A DNA stretch of 63,478 nucleotides, counting the filler, from Diploschistes diacapsis (Eukaryota), in the NCBI GenBank assembly GCA_023645945.1. It is 11 parts of 11 records of this genome, joined end to end, with 100 filler letters (N's around TTAATTAATTAA, not from the genome) between each part and the next. Parts side by side here need not be neighbours in the genome. Positions count along the whole stretch, not along the records: positions 1 to 23,434 come from JALAIB010000266.1; 10 more parts are not named here. One strand, written 5' to 3'. Positions within the stretch are counted from its first letter, which is position 1. Every line of letters starts with the position of its first letter. Below are positions 11,451 to 23,534 of this stretch, in pieces. The notes beneath the pieces are model-generated. The model was not told the DNA's origin and ran no database searches. It saw nothing but the letters and a program-made list of their open reading frames with translations. A program made the translations under genes and the position numbers.

Positions 11451-13100
11451 AAATTTGAGACACAAAAACTTGACCAGGCGTCGTGGCATTACACTGCCTT
11501 GGTGTCGTGGTGACTTGATAAGCGAACTACAAACCATGCACACCGTGAGGTTTCCCCAAAAAAAACCCCCCCCCCCGAAACCGAAAAAGAAGGGTGTGCC
11601 GTCAATTTCACCGAGGAGCAGGAGCTTGCGCGCATTGACTGGGTTTCAATTAGGAGTCAGGAGATCGGAGAGATGTGTAGGTACCTACAGAGCTGGATAC
11701 TTGCGGAGGTATATACCACAACTGGAAGTGTTTCAAGTATACCAGTGAATTCCTGCGGCAGGTAACGCGGTCTGTCTGAAGATATGGAATAGGCGTCGCG
11801 GCGTCTTCGTGATTTGGTATTGGTGAAGGGACACAAGATACGAGAGATAAGGGTGTTCCGAGAGAACCTCTACAGACCCAGGAACTTGCGGGCTTTGAAG
11901 GTTTTCAACAGGAGCCTGATTGTGCGGTTGAGGCCTTGGTGCCTGCAAAGGAGATCGATATCATAGTTCTATCATTTTCCAGGAACTTCCTTTGGAGAGA
12001 ACATGGCCCGACCATTTTGGAGAAGCGTTGTACTGTATTACTGTCTTGGTGGGCCTGCAACAAAAGTAAAGACTTGGAGGTGTGGTAGTTTGCTGCGAGA
12101 CCCTCGAGGAGCAGGAGTCCGCGAGTTCTAGTCAGATCAATATGGAAGTTTGACTGTGCCGCTAGAGACGAGTACCATCTACGAAGATATATACCGCAAT
12201 TGCGAGTACTAAGAGTATCCCAGGGGGCTCTTGCGGAGAGATCGTGGTCCAACAAGCTTGGATCAGCCTTGATAGGTGCAATCATACCGTTGTTGCTGTG
12301 GATGTGATCGTGGTGGGAGAATAAGAAGCAAGCAGACATGGAGGCGTGAACGAGTCTCAGGTCATTTTCCGAGGTCGTGGTATCCTCGTAGCCTGGTGTC
12401 GCGGTGAAAGACCAAAAGATACGCAAGAGAAAAGCGATCCGACAATTTCACCGAGGAGCAGGAGTGTGCGGGCCCTAGGTAGGACAGAAAAGGACTTTGA
12501 GTGCGCAGATAGAGCCTAGGACTTACGTAGGAGGTATACCACCCACCACACTTTGGATGCCCTCCAAAGACGTGAGGGGGTTCCTCTGGCGAGAACCTGT
12601 GTGGGCGATATGGAAAGGCCTCGTGGTGAGAGGACGATAATTCCCAGGGTGGGATTGTATCGAGAAGCTTTTGGAGGTCGTGGTGTCGCGGTGGAGGAAT
12701 AATAGGTACGGGAGATAAAGGTGTGCCGAGACAATCTCTGAATGGTTTCCAAACCTTGGCCAGATCCAAAGAAGAACTAGACGGAAAGATCGATGTGGCT
12801 GTCTCCTGCGGATGTGTATACCACACCACAACCGTTCCAAGGGTTTGAGGTTTTCCAGGGAGACCCTGTGGAGAGAGCGTTGCGAGTCGTTTTCGTCAGT
12901 ATCGTACCGTGTAGTGGTGAGGAAGAATAATAATATAGATAAGATGACAGATGTGACTGTGGTGGGGGATTTCGGTGTTGTGATGTCTTGGTCCAAGAAC
13001 GCAAAAAGAATGTGTGTCGAGAGACTCCTCGAGGTCGCGGGTCATGGTATCGCGGTGATAGAACGACGGCTACGTAGGGGTGAAGTTGTTTCAGGAGAAG
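11330..13100. repeat. Degenerate repeat tract F with an apparent ~850 bp higher-order duplication
   Basis: Exact 22-mer CAATTTCACCGAGGAGCAGGAG at 11603 and 12443. GAGATAAGGGTGTTCCGAGAGAACCTCT (~11844) resembles GAGATAAAGGTGTGCCGAGACAATCTCT (~12712). AGGCGTCG(T/C)GG and GAGGTCG(T/C)GG motifs recur at ~11341, 11476, 11791, 12371, 12674 and 13031. Confidence 0.7.
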
Positions 13101-13630
13101 TCGAGGGCCAGCAGGCTTTTATTAGATATTTTATATGTACAGCACGTCTCCCGTCCTCATCATTCCCAAAATTCCACCTAAACATTAGGAAGAAGGGAGG
13201 TAGTGAAGTAATTTTACAGTTGTTATGATAATTAGAACTTAATCTCATGTCCTCGTATCTAAAATGCCAGAAGCAAGCACAAGCGCCGCGCGCCGGGGTA
13301 TCATCGCCTTCTCAAGAGCGAGTAGCTGCAAGAAATATACAAAGCATCCAAACCATGTTCTCATATACTCCATTCTTTGACCTTGTCACCTTAAAGTTGA
13401 TCGATTCACTCTCGTAGCCTGCAGCAGCCTACAGTAGGGCCGACTCTTCCATATTGTTCACCAATATCGTTAGCAGAGGTGTCCCTCGTAGCATTTCCTC
13501 ATATCATTTGCAAACTGGTCGGGCTTGAGTCGCCGTCTTTCGGCTTGGCTAGGTTATTGAGAAGTACCGACCATTTGTGATAGGTTCATGGCAACCTGTA
13601 TCTTTAAATTTCTCAGGATCCTCCTCCCGT

Positions 13631-16600
13631 TCACTGCCCCCTCAGCATCTCTACACAGTTTCCCAGCAGAATTGCCGCCTCGTGCATCAACTCCCATCTA
13701 CAGTTCTCAAACTGTGTCCTCAGGAACATCAGCATTCCTGCGCAATGATTGCGATCTTCCAGCTTCTCCAAGTCATCCGGCTTTTTGACACCGCCTACGC
13801 GCTGCATGAACGCCCGCATGTCGCTCACCTGGTCCTCCTTCGTTTCAACAGACGGAAATTTCTCCGTTCCAAGTGGGCCGTCGAGCGCGTAACCGTAGCT
13901 CCAGATGACGAGCGAGGCAAAGTAAAGCACCCATGGTCGATTGAGCAGATAGTCGTCGCGGGGGTAGTATTCACCTGATCCGGTACGGAAAGGAGGAGGC
14001 TTTTGGACACATGGTGTGATATCCGGAGTCAAGACCTGGCCCAGGAACTTGAGGGAATAGAAGACGGCGTCGCGGGCAGAGGCCTTAGGGGCCCATACTT
14101 CGCGCATGCGGCGTGCAGTTGAACCGTAGTCCGACGGCGTAATGGTTCGACCTAGGAGTCGTTTGGCTTTGGCATAGATCTGGCATTGAACTATATCAAC
14201 ATGCATCCCCATGTGAGCAAGGTGGTGCAAGACAACGCGCGACTCGAAGAGCTGTTCCTCATCGACTTGGGAAGAGGAGTACGAGGAAGTAGATGCGTCG
14301 CGATTGTGACGGTTGGATTGCAGGGATGTCAAAGGCGGATCGGGGGTCCAGTCCGCCTCCCAAATGTCGAAAGCTTTCGTAAGCGAACCTCGCCAAACGT
14401 CCTTCCCACCAAAAGCACCAAGAGAGCGAACCTGAAGGTCCCGTTGACGGAGATGAAATCCGACGTTAAGAAGTCCTGCCATCAGCGCGGTACGGCCGAA
14501 GCGGTTCGTTCGTACTGGCTTGCCATTCAAGGTCCACTTCAGGCCGTCCAGGAAGCTGATAGCTTTCACGTCATCCGCACGATGGTTGGTTTCGATCCGT
14601 CCGACTTCCATGCCGCTACTCGCTGTCCACAGCGACTCGTCGCATGGAAGAGGCAGTCGCATTTCGTGCGCTAGCATGACAGCGGTATGCGAGAACATAG
14701 TCGCGTGAATGGAGTCAATGATGAAAGCTGCGTATGCTATTCGCTTTGTCGCCTCGTTTGTGATCCAGTGGTTCCACCAAGGATCCGGCGTGTCTGCAAT
14801 GGAGGGCTTCTCCAGCTCGGTATCAGGGGGCGAGTCCATGGCGGAGCGCCCAAGTAAAGCGCTTCCGCGCCGCAGTAGCGATATCGTGGTTGCATGGTGT
14901 ATCTGCGATCGTTCATGTAGTACTCTCGAGCTATAAAGCTTCTCGTAACACTCAACTAGTATAAGAGATTGGAGCACCCAGAGCTTGGTCGGTGGAGGGA
15001 AGTCTTTGTCCATGAAAAGCTCACCTCTCAGATGCCAGGCTAGGAAGTTCGCAAAGTCAGCACTAAAATTCGTGACCTCTTCACCATACATTCGATCCAG
15101 GTTGGCCGCGCCGATCGCCAGTATGGCAATCAGCAACAAGGGCTGAGCTTTGTTGGCCGAGAAGGTCGGTCTGTGTAAGATCGGCATCTGGTCATGGAAG
15201 TGATACCAATAGGAGCCAATATAGGTCTGAAGAGACTTGAGACTGAGGACGTGGCTGTCATGATCCCGATTGCCTGCCAGCAACTGCTCTTTCTGCTTGA
15301 CGACTGGGCTGTGGTTGGTTTCGTTGAATCGACTCTGGATGAGGTCTATGATCTGTTGTCTCTTTGCTTCGGATAAGATTGTTAGCTTAGTAGCCGGCTC
15401 GAGCAGACTTGTCACGGCCATTGAGGTTTGAGGAGGCATCGTCGGCATTGTACCGCTAAAAGGTAATCGAAGCGAGGGATCGAGATTGGCATTATCGTTT
15501 TGATGCTGACCGCTGATAGTGGATGTGTTGAAGAGCCAAGCGGCAAAATTATCTGCCATTACCACCGGAGACCTGGTGTAACCCTCTCCATCAAATACCG
15601 GCAGAGTTCCTTCGGCCAGGGGAGATTCAGTAGACATGACACCAGTCATCTCATCTAAGGTGCTGCGCATCTCACTTGCGTCACCCGGCCACTGTTCTGG
15701 CGGGAACGTCCCAGACTGTGGAACGTTGGGATACCCCGGCGGTGGGAGAGCCGACATTGCAGGAAAGCTTTGCTGATGAACGTAGCTGTTGAAGCCATTG
15801 GGATGCATCATCGAACCTTGAGAATTGCCCTGCTGTGGCCGCGGGTCCGCTTGCCACTGCATCGAGCCTTCCCCAGATCCTACAGCGCTAACTTCCTGCA
15901 GATTCTTGGTCGTGGGTCTGTGGAAACTTGCCGAGCTCATAGGGCCGAAGCTCGAGTGCCGGTGCGGCTGGAAGCTGGAGGAGCCTTCCCGGCCCGGGTA
16001 GGATGGCTGGTGTAGCCCGCCGCTTGTGTCACCAAAGTATTGACTATCGCTATTGGACCGATGAAGTCCGGAGGAGTTGATATTGCTGGAGCTGGGCGGT
16101 GATTGGAAAGTGTTGAATGCGCGAAATTTATCGGGGGGGTGCATCTGGTCCGATGAATGCGGATTCCCAGGAAGTGCCTGCTCAGCTGGGGGCGATTGCA
16201 GGACACCTGATTGAAATTCGTAGGATTGCTGATTGAAAGGGCCAGCATGGACGGAGAGATCCCCGGAAGGCATGGATGGAACAAGCCTATCGCTGGATGG
16301 GTGAGGTTGGGATAGGGCGCCATGCTGCTCGGGATTGACAAAGTAGTTATCCTTCCGTTGGAGGTGTGACCCTCGGGTGGAGTGCCTTTCGCGATGGCGG
16401 GCGCAAAGATCTTGTCTGACAAAAGAGCGGAGACAGTCGGGATAGTCACATTGGTAAATCTGCTTTGGGGTGTCTGAAACTCAGCATTAGCGATGTCTCG
16501 GATGCCAGCTGCAGTGTCACGCCCACGGTTAAGTTGATGCCGATATAGGTGCTCTGCCCTGGAATAGCTCTTGCCGCACCCTTCTTGAGGACAGAGATAT

Positions 16601-16818
16601 TTCTTGTCGAGGCCCTTCCGACTTCTCTTGCGCTTGCGTTCTCCCTTTCCCTTCCCAGCTGTTTCTTTTTGCTCATCTTCGCTGTGCACATCACCTGTTT
16701 TGTCCACTTCGCTGCCTTCCCGAACTTGATTCCGTCCCCGCTCATCTTGGTCTTCATGCTTAACGCTGGTTGAGGTTGACGACGTTGAATGTTTTCTAGC
16801 ATCCTCGGTCTTTATCAT
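13631..16818 (-). CDS. Transcription factor with two C2H2 zinc fingers and a fungal-specific transcription factor (Fungal_trans) domain; Klf1/Zas1/Ypr022c-like
   Basis: Exon 1 ends ...KKYLCPQEGCGKSYSRAEHLYRHQLN. A 53-nt intron at 16526-16474 (GTGGGC...CTAAT...CAG) joins to HTPKQIYQCDYPDCLRSFVRQDLCARHRERH, which is in frame with the 880-aa ORF. That ORF contains YWYHFHDQMPILHRPTF and LPLPCDESLW. The start codon could lie further upstream. Confidence 0.88.
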
Positions 16819-18117
16819 CTTGGATGACTTCGGTGGGAAAGTAGGGGTGGTTCATGAGACGCCTTACGCCTAATGTGGTAGTTCCAACTCGTTACTGATC
16901 AGTGCTGCAGGAATAGAAGAGGGTGATGTGTGGCACCACCCATGATAGGATGAGCGCTATTAGATGGTTGATGGTTGAAGGTCGGCCTAGATATTCTTTT
17001 CTAGTGTGAGCAATCGCCAGGTTAAGGAAGGTCTCGACCAGTGGTGTTTTAGAGAGGGAAACGAGGTCTTTTTTGGGGGGGTAAAGACGTGCGGGATGAG
17101 CTTAGAGCAAAAGATTTCATAAACTCTGAAGCTATCGAGAACGCAGATAACATCAAAGCTCGTAGCCTGACTTGAGGCCTCAACGACTGGGCGAAACTTG
17201 GTGGATTAGACGGTGGTGGAGGATGTGCAAGTTGTATCACGCAAAGTGATGCGTTCGAAGGCATGGATGGGTAAAGCATTTATTTTAACGGAAAGCCAAA
17301 GCTACTGGTAGACCAAACGTTTTGGCCTCTTTACTGCTTGGATTCCCGCCACTAGAACCACCACGTCGTCCATTCTCGCTATAATACTCCACACACACTT
17401 CAAGTTGTTGTTGCCCTGCCTTCAAAGAGGCCCGGAGTGAGCCCTTCCTTTGGAACGGGCATGGGCTAACCAGAGAAGCCGAAAGAGGGACGGAGGGGTA
17501 GTGAGAACTTGGAGCTCCAAGGACCACGTCAAGAGGAAGGAGGATAGATAGCTTTAAGCGATGCGGGCCTAATTGCTAAAAGCCCCCCCCCCGGCACAGT
17601 ACTACTACTGCTGCTACTGCTGCTGCTGCTGCTTGGTGCCACTGCTGCCACACTGTGGCTTGACTAAGCTGCTTCAGTGCCAAGAATTCATCATCTCATG
17701 ATTCTCACTACAACCTAACTAAGATGGATGGGAAAACCAGCCCAACCCAAAACGGGCAAAGATGCAAAGTGTTCTTGGCGACAAGCTTAAGATCAAGGAA
17801 TAATAGTCTCGCACAAAGTACACAGATACGTACGGCACCTCCACCCTGGGCCCCCACGTCCCCCACTTCGCTTGCAGCTTGTTCCTGCGTTATTGACTCA
17901 TTGGTACGAGAGAGAGGTGAAGTGTGCTCAAGGTGTGGAAATTGATAAGGGTATTCTTAGTATCCTAGCCATGTGCGTATATACAGATCGTATAGCAGGA
18001 CACCTGAAAGGGGTATCGATAGAAGCGAAAGAGAGCAAAACGATCCGTCCACCAGATTTCCCCGCACCCAGCAACTCCGCCCAATGCAATGATCCGTCCG
18101 TGATCCATATCGTGCCA

Positions 18118-20716
18118 TCATGTCTGTGCCCCTCCCAAGCCAGCGGCAAGGGTAAGATACCACGTTAGACTGGCCCCGCCATCGAGCCAGCTTGAGTTGA
18201 AGCTCGGTTGGTTGAAGAAGTTCCAGCTCGAGGCGGGGTCGTAGAGCGCCAGGTTTGCGTAGAGGATGCCCTTCCAGCCGCCGTCCACGTTGCTGGCCGG
18301 GCCGATCGCCCCGTCGGCGAAGAAGGCTTCCCACTCCTGTTGGACAAAAGAGGCAGGGCGTATGTAAGCAGATGAGGGCTCGAGGGGGATCATGTGGATG
18401 GCTTGGATGAATTCGAGGTTGGCGCCAAAGTAAGTGGTATGGTCGATCTTGTTCTCGAACAGAATGCCGGAGACCTTGTTTCCGACGAAGTTCGAAGGCT
18501 CGATGTCGTTACCGTCCGAATACAGGAAGTAGCTGTTCAGCGAACGAGCAAGGACGGCGAGCATCAGGTTACCCTGGGCCTCCATGGCAGCGTTCCCTGT
18601 GGCGTGGCCCCACATTTTCAGCCCGTAAGCGAACATGACATCCTCCGATGAGGACTCCTCGTTCTTGGAGTCACCAGCTTCGAAGAGGCCCGCAGCCCAG
18701 GAGTGACCGTGGTACCAATCGAACATACGGAAGACGGGGAAGGTGCTATCGGCCGAACTTGGGTTGTTGGCATCGCGGGCCAGCATGTTGACCCAATCGC
18801 CGTTGGTTGATACCCAGCTCGGATCGAGGTAGGCAATGATGGAAGCAGCGTGGAGGAAGTAGCCATAGTGGAAGTGGTGGTCGTTGTAGCAAGTGTTGCC
18901 AAAGTCTGCGCCGGTGTCGTTGGTAACATAGGTCGCCGAAGAGACGGCACCGTTCCAAACGGTATCGTAGACGAGAGGGAACTGTTGCTGGTTGGTTGCG
19001 AAGAGAGCAAAGGCAGTTTGGAGCTGAGCAAGTCCTTGGGCAGCGAGATTGTTGTCGCCAAGAACATTGTGAATAACATAGACAATCGATGCAAACTTGC
19101 TCAGGGCCTTGCCAGAATAGTACATGCTGTTCAAGTTACTTTGCGCGCCCATGTCCTCGGCAATCTCGGCGGAAGCTGCGGCGGCAATGGCCGAGAGCGC
19201 GGCCGAAGAGTACCGTGTTGTAGCCGTACCGGTTTTCACGTTGAACGGCTCGAATCCAATGTTAATTGGAAGGTTCGATTCGGTCAAGGTCCATGAGTCC
19301 GCTGACACGGCTGTAGCATTCCCTTTGGTTGTAGTGCTGAGACTGAGGCCCGACTGTACGCTCCTGCTAGTAACACCGTCGAAAGCAGCCAAATGATGGG
19401 GTAGCGCGAACATGAGTAAGTTTTGGCTAGTGACAAGCCCAGACTTGGTCCAGGAGAGCGTGTAAGACCCGCTGTGCCCGTTGACGCTGGCAGAGATGCT
19501 GCCGGCCGAGGGATATGCCCCAGCAGCAGCATCATAGAGGCTCTCGCCTGCAGATCCCGCAGGATTCTTGGCTATTTGAATAAAGCCAGACCACCCGGAA
19601 GGTCCTGCGATGGACGTGCTTGAGGCCAAGGTGAGCTTCGGGTCGCTTCCATCAGAGGGTACAGCATAGAGGAGCCACGATGATCCATCGTCCAGTTGAA
19701 CTTGATATTTGTAGATTCCAGTAGCGACCGTATTGTCTGAGACCAAACTCGAGAAGAAGGTGCCGCTCTGAATGTTTGGCGTCAAGTTTGTGTAGATGCC
19801 AGTCACGAAACCCATGCCCTGTACGACAGGGATGACAAGGGTAGAGGAGTTGCTAGATGCATCGGGTGTGAGGATCGCGTTAGCGGAGAAGGTGTCTAGA
19901 TCCGAAGTCGAAAGAACCGTAGAGGCACCAAGTTCGGAGGCAGATAGAATCATATGCTGGATTCCAAGAGGGTTGATAAAGTAGTCCACTGGGGAGCCGG
20001 GCTCATCATTGGTGGGGCCAAAAGCCTTTGCACTATTGTCAAGCTGGGTGATTGCCATGCCCCAGCTGTTGGCGTTTCCGTTACCCTTTGACCAGGTTAC
20101 GGTATATGGGTGCGTAAAGGTTCCCGAACCTTGTGACCCTAGGTAAAAGTTCGCATAGAACTTGTTGGTGTGGTAGGGACTGGATTGTTCAATCTATAAT
20201 GCGTAAGCCGAGCAGATTCTCCGACAACTCTGTGGATATACTTACAACATTGAGGCGTGGAATGGGATGGTCCCCTCTCGCTGTGACCTGACTCGGGTAA
20301 GGGCCGGTGGCGAAGGGTTGAAATGGGTCTACAGCATCCTCGCTAGCCAGAGGCCCAGCTTCCTTAGCAGTCACTGTTGCATTCGATGACAAGGTTGTTG
20401 GATAGGTTGGCAAAGCCGATTTTAAGGAAGGCGTAGTTTCTGTGATAGTTTGTGTAGCGAAAGGGAACGACGTTACAACCCCTCCCATCTCAAGGGAGGT
20501 AAACAAAGTCTGCAAGGTCGTCAGTGGCGTGTGTGGGAGCTTGTGAGTGACACTTACACCAATGGTTCCGGGAGCACGGTGGATGGTCGTAGAGGGGACC
20601 TGTGTCGTTGTTCCGTTTGCATGGCTATCAGCTACAGGCAGGGCCTGTACGCCATGGGAGGATATCAACGATAAGGACAGCACAAGACCGGCGACAACGC
20701 CCTTGGAGAACCCCAT
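18118..20716 (-). CDS. Endo-1,3(4)-beta-glucanase, glycoside hydrolase family 81 (Eng1/Acf2-like), secreted
   Basis: Signal-peptide-like N-terminus (MGFSKGVVAGLVLSLSLISSHGVQA) and a Ser/Thr-rich linker. A 52-nt intron at 20245-20194 leads to IEQSSPYHTNKFYANFYLG. GH81 motifs present: YYSGKAL, DFGNTCYNDHHFHYGY, FDWYHGHSWAAG, NEESSSED, GILFENKIDHTTYFG. Confidence 0.93.
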
Positions 20717-21470
20717 GGTCACGAAACGGAAAACTAAGAAAACAAGTGCTATGTGATAGCTTGTGATGCGTGCGATAAAGTCCAGAGTTGGCGGGATCGG
20801 GAAGAGGGTACAGCAAGACGCGAAGTCCTTGATATAATCTTCTCGAAGCTATCAAACTTCAAAGAGAGCCGCTAGAGGTTCATCGGCAGACCGGGGTCAT
20901 GAGAAGTAAGCTGAGGCTCACGCTTTCGGACATTGAGGTCATGGGTGTGGGCGCCAGCGGAATAGCATGGGCATGGATGGTCCCCGAGCTCAGGAGCGAA
21001 TAGCATGAGGCTACTAGTGTAGTAAATGAAGATCTGGAAGACCGAGTGTAGTAGGAAAAGATCCTCCTTCGGAGCGACTCTGATATAGAGAAACATTGTG
21101 ATTCTGACTCCTTGAAATCTTGACTTACAGAAAGAATTCAAAGAGGCTGGACATGACATCCAAAGGGATTCTCACGATTGCGTTGCGTACGCGCTGCTGT
21201 CTCTCCCTAGGGATGAAAGCCATACCTTGAAGATGATTCAAAGAACATTCCATAAAGTGGCGCGCATCCCGCACCAGCATAGACCAAGCGAAAAATCGTT
21301 GCACAACACCGATCCACAGGTCAGAAGGTTTACAGGGAAGGAATCACAAATGAACAGAGGATGAAAAGACAGCATAGCATAATCCCTTCCTGCTCCCTCT
21401 TTACCAATTGCGATTCAATCGCAGTACAATAATGGTGGAGCATTATTGTAGTCAGGCAGACTGCGCTTTC

Positions 21471-21548
21471 GCTTTGGCTTTTGGCTTTGGCTTTTGGCTT
21501 TGGCTTTGGCTTTGGCTTTGGCTTTGGCTTTGGCTTTGGCTTTGGCTT
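21471..21548. repeat. (GCTTTG)n hexanucleotide microsatellite, ~13 units
   Basis: Directly visible run in the GH81/ERG28 divergent intergenic region. Confidence 0.95.
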
Positions 21549-22900
21549 CGGCGCAGATGACAGGGTGACCGATTCATCGCTTATTGACTAGGCACAACGA
21601 TGGCCATGGAAGTAAACGGAGATGGTGTGGAAAAGCAGAATAGTGCGTGCAGTTTGATGAGCAGGTGAGTAGAAGGCATATGAGGTGGCCAGGTACAAGG
21701 ACGTCTAATTTCGATACCTCATCGGAGGGAGAGGCTGTGTTGATGCGGATGTATCAGGTATGTTCCTGGGACATTATTTTAGTCTCTTACTGCAAATCTG
21801 CGTGGTCAAGCTTTGTACCTTTCTTGTGCGGGTTTTTGCTCTCAATCTGCACATTCCTCTACTTTATCCCACCAGCACACTCGCCATGGCTCTTGGTCAT
21901 CTGCAGCAATCAGGACATTGATAAAAGTTAGTTGCGGCTTGTAGCAGCAAATTCTAGTCTCTGGAGGGCTGGTGGTGACGATGGATGACCTGCATGGAAG
22001 GGATAAGGCATAAGGGATGCGGTGGGAAACGGCGTTATGCACTAAAAAAACACTAACGCCGCTAATCAGTCATCACAGTTATCATCAGTCCTTATAATTG
22101 GTGCTTCAGAGGCAAATAAGCTTTCGAAACGGCGCCAGAACACTTCTCTTGCGTGATCTGCAGGCCTTACTCTTTCTAGACGATCTCCGAGATCCCAAGT
22201 ACCTCATGGCCGGTCTTTGTGTGCAGAGTCAGCTGTCGAAGAGGTTGGCTTGCGCATGCATTTTCTACCGTGCCCTATATCCGACTCGACTCGAGCGCCT
22301 CATGAACGACCGACAAAACAGAATTCCAATCCTCGTGTTAACGTGCGTTTCAGCCACTCACAGACCCAAGCTGTGACATTGCATGCTGATGGGCCGACCT
22401 TCGAGTATGTGTGACTGCGTGCCACGATTTACCGGATCACAAAGGGCCAGGCTATGTGTCGAGAGCTCGAAGAAATACCAAGTATACAAAAACCGGCGAG
22501 CAAAGCTCACGTGGACCACTGCACCACTGCCGGCCACACTCGGCCACAGTAGGTTATCCATGGATCTGGTCAGAGGTGCTTTGAGCAGACAAGAAACCGT
22601 TCTTGCAACACAGGGATGCATTCCGGTACAAGCCAAATGCTCATTATCAAGCAAAATCTGGGGTAATGTTGCGCGACCACGCATAGCTAGTGGTAGTGGG
22701 GGAGGTTGCAAGCCACATGGGATTTCATCAAAATTATTCACCGAAGCGAGCGCACGACGCTACGTTCATAAGTCATCCAAGTGACTGCACGGAATTCAGC
22801 TTGGGTACCACAATTGTAGCCACACTCGGAGGAGACATTCTCGGATACCGCGGTGTACATGCCACATAGAGGTAGAATACTAGTTAGAGAATGCTTCCAC

Positions 22901-22937
22901 CTCCAAGCTTCTCCAAGCTTCTCCAAGCTTCTCCAAG
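22901..22937. repeat. (CTCCAAGCTT) decamer tandem repeat, ~3.7 units
   Basis: Directly visible, ~250 bp upstream of the ERG28 ATG. Confidence 0.9.
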
Positions 22938-23185
22938 ACTTTAATCGCTCAACTCATAATAAAATTTATTCAAATATGTCTTCTTAGAAAGTATGATATC
23001 TATCATCATGAGCGCTAGGAAGTGCCCTAAGAGTAACTGAGGCTTCTTTTAAACTCGCTACCAAAGTCGTTAACATAGCCGCTTACGGCTAGTCCAATAT
23101 TGATTTTTCGAAGACTCTGAGATGTAAACATTTTGCCGGCCATTTTTGGCTCACTTGCGTCAATTGCTGCTCGTACAACACCGCC

Positions 23186-23248
23186 ATGGCGTCTCTTGAG
23201 TCATATCTGCCTTCTCAGCCAGGCCTACTGCCGAAATGGATGCTCTTT
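23186..23248 (+). CDS. ERG28: Exon 1 of ergosterol biosynthesis scaffold protein Erg28 (remainder lost at the contig end)
   Basis: MASLESYLPSQPGLLPKWMLF followed by donor GTAAGG at 23249. It matches the remembered filamentous-fungal Erg28 N-terminus (LPxxxGLLPKWLLF). Only 21 codons are available. Confidence 0.65.
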
Positions 23249-23434
23249 GTAAGGCCAATGCCGCAACTCCCCTACCCCCGCCCTGGAGAAAAAGAAGAAC
23301 CTCCCTTTCAAAGCTCCAATATACGCCCTTTGCCGCGCTCTGCTCAACACTCACCACCACACCTCCCCAACCTTTCCCCCACACCTAAACTCATCCCTTC
23401 CCAGCCCGACCCCAAACCACCACCCCACTAACCC

Positions 23435-23534
23435 NNNNNNNNNNNNNNNNNNNNNNNNNNNNNNNNNNNNNNNNNNNNTTAATTAATTAANNNNNNNNNN
23501 NNNNNNNNNNNNNNNNNNNNNNNNNNNNNNNNNN
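23435..23534. other. Artificial contig-joining spacer (N44-TTAATTAATTAA-N44); same spacer at 25285-25384, 27134-27233, 28983-29082, 30829-30928, 32674-32773, 34519-34618, 57950-58049, 59794-59893 and 61638-61737
   Basis: The identical 100-nt structure occurs ten times, and TTAATTAATTAA gives stop codons in all six frames. Confidence 0.98.

Noticed and set aside
1000..13600. Many 60-190 aa ORFs, e.g. 8948-9520, 10364-10807, 11905-12426
   Set aside because: No recognisable domains and no consistent strand or frame across repeat units. Recurring peptides such as YKxPxIL only reflect the DNA motif.
21471..21548. (GCTTTG)n as an interstitial telomere
   Set aside because: It does not match the TTAGGG repeat of filamentous ascomycetes; it is an ordinary microsatellite.
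23479..23490. Recurrent TTAATTAATTAA motif
   Set aside because: It is a synthetic six-frame stop linker embedded in N runs.
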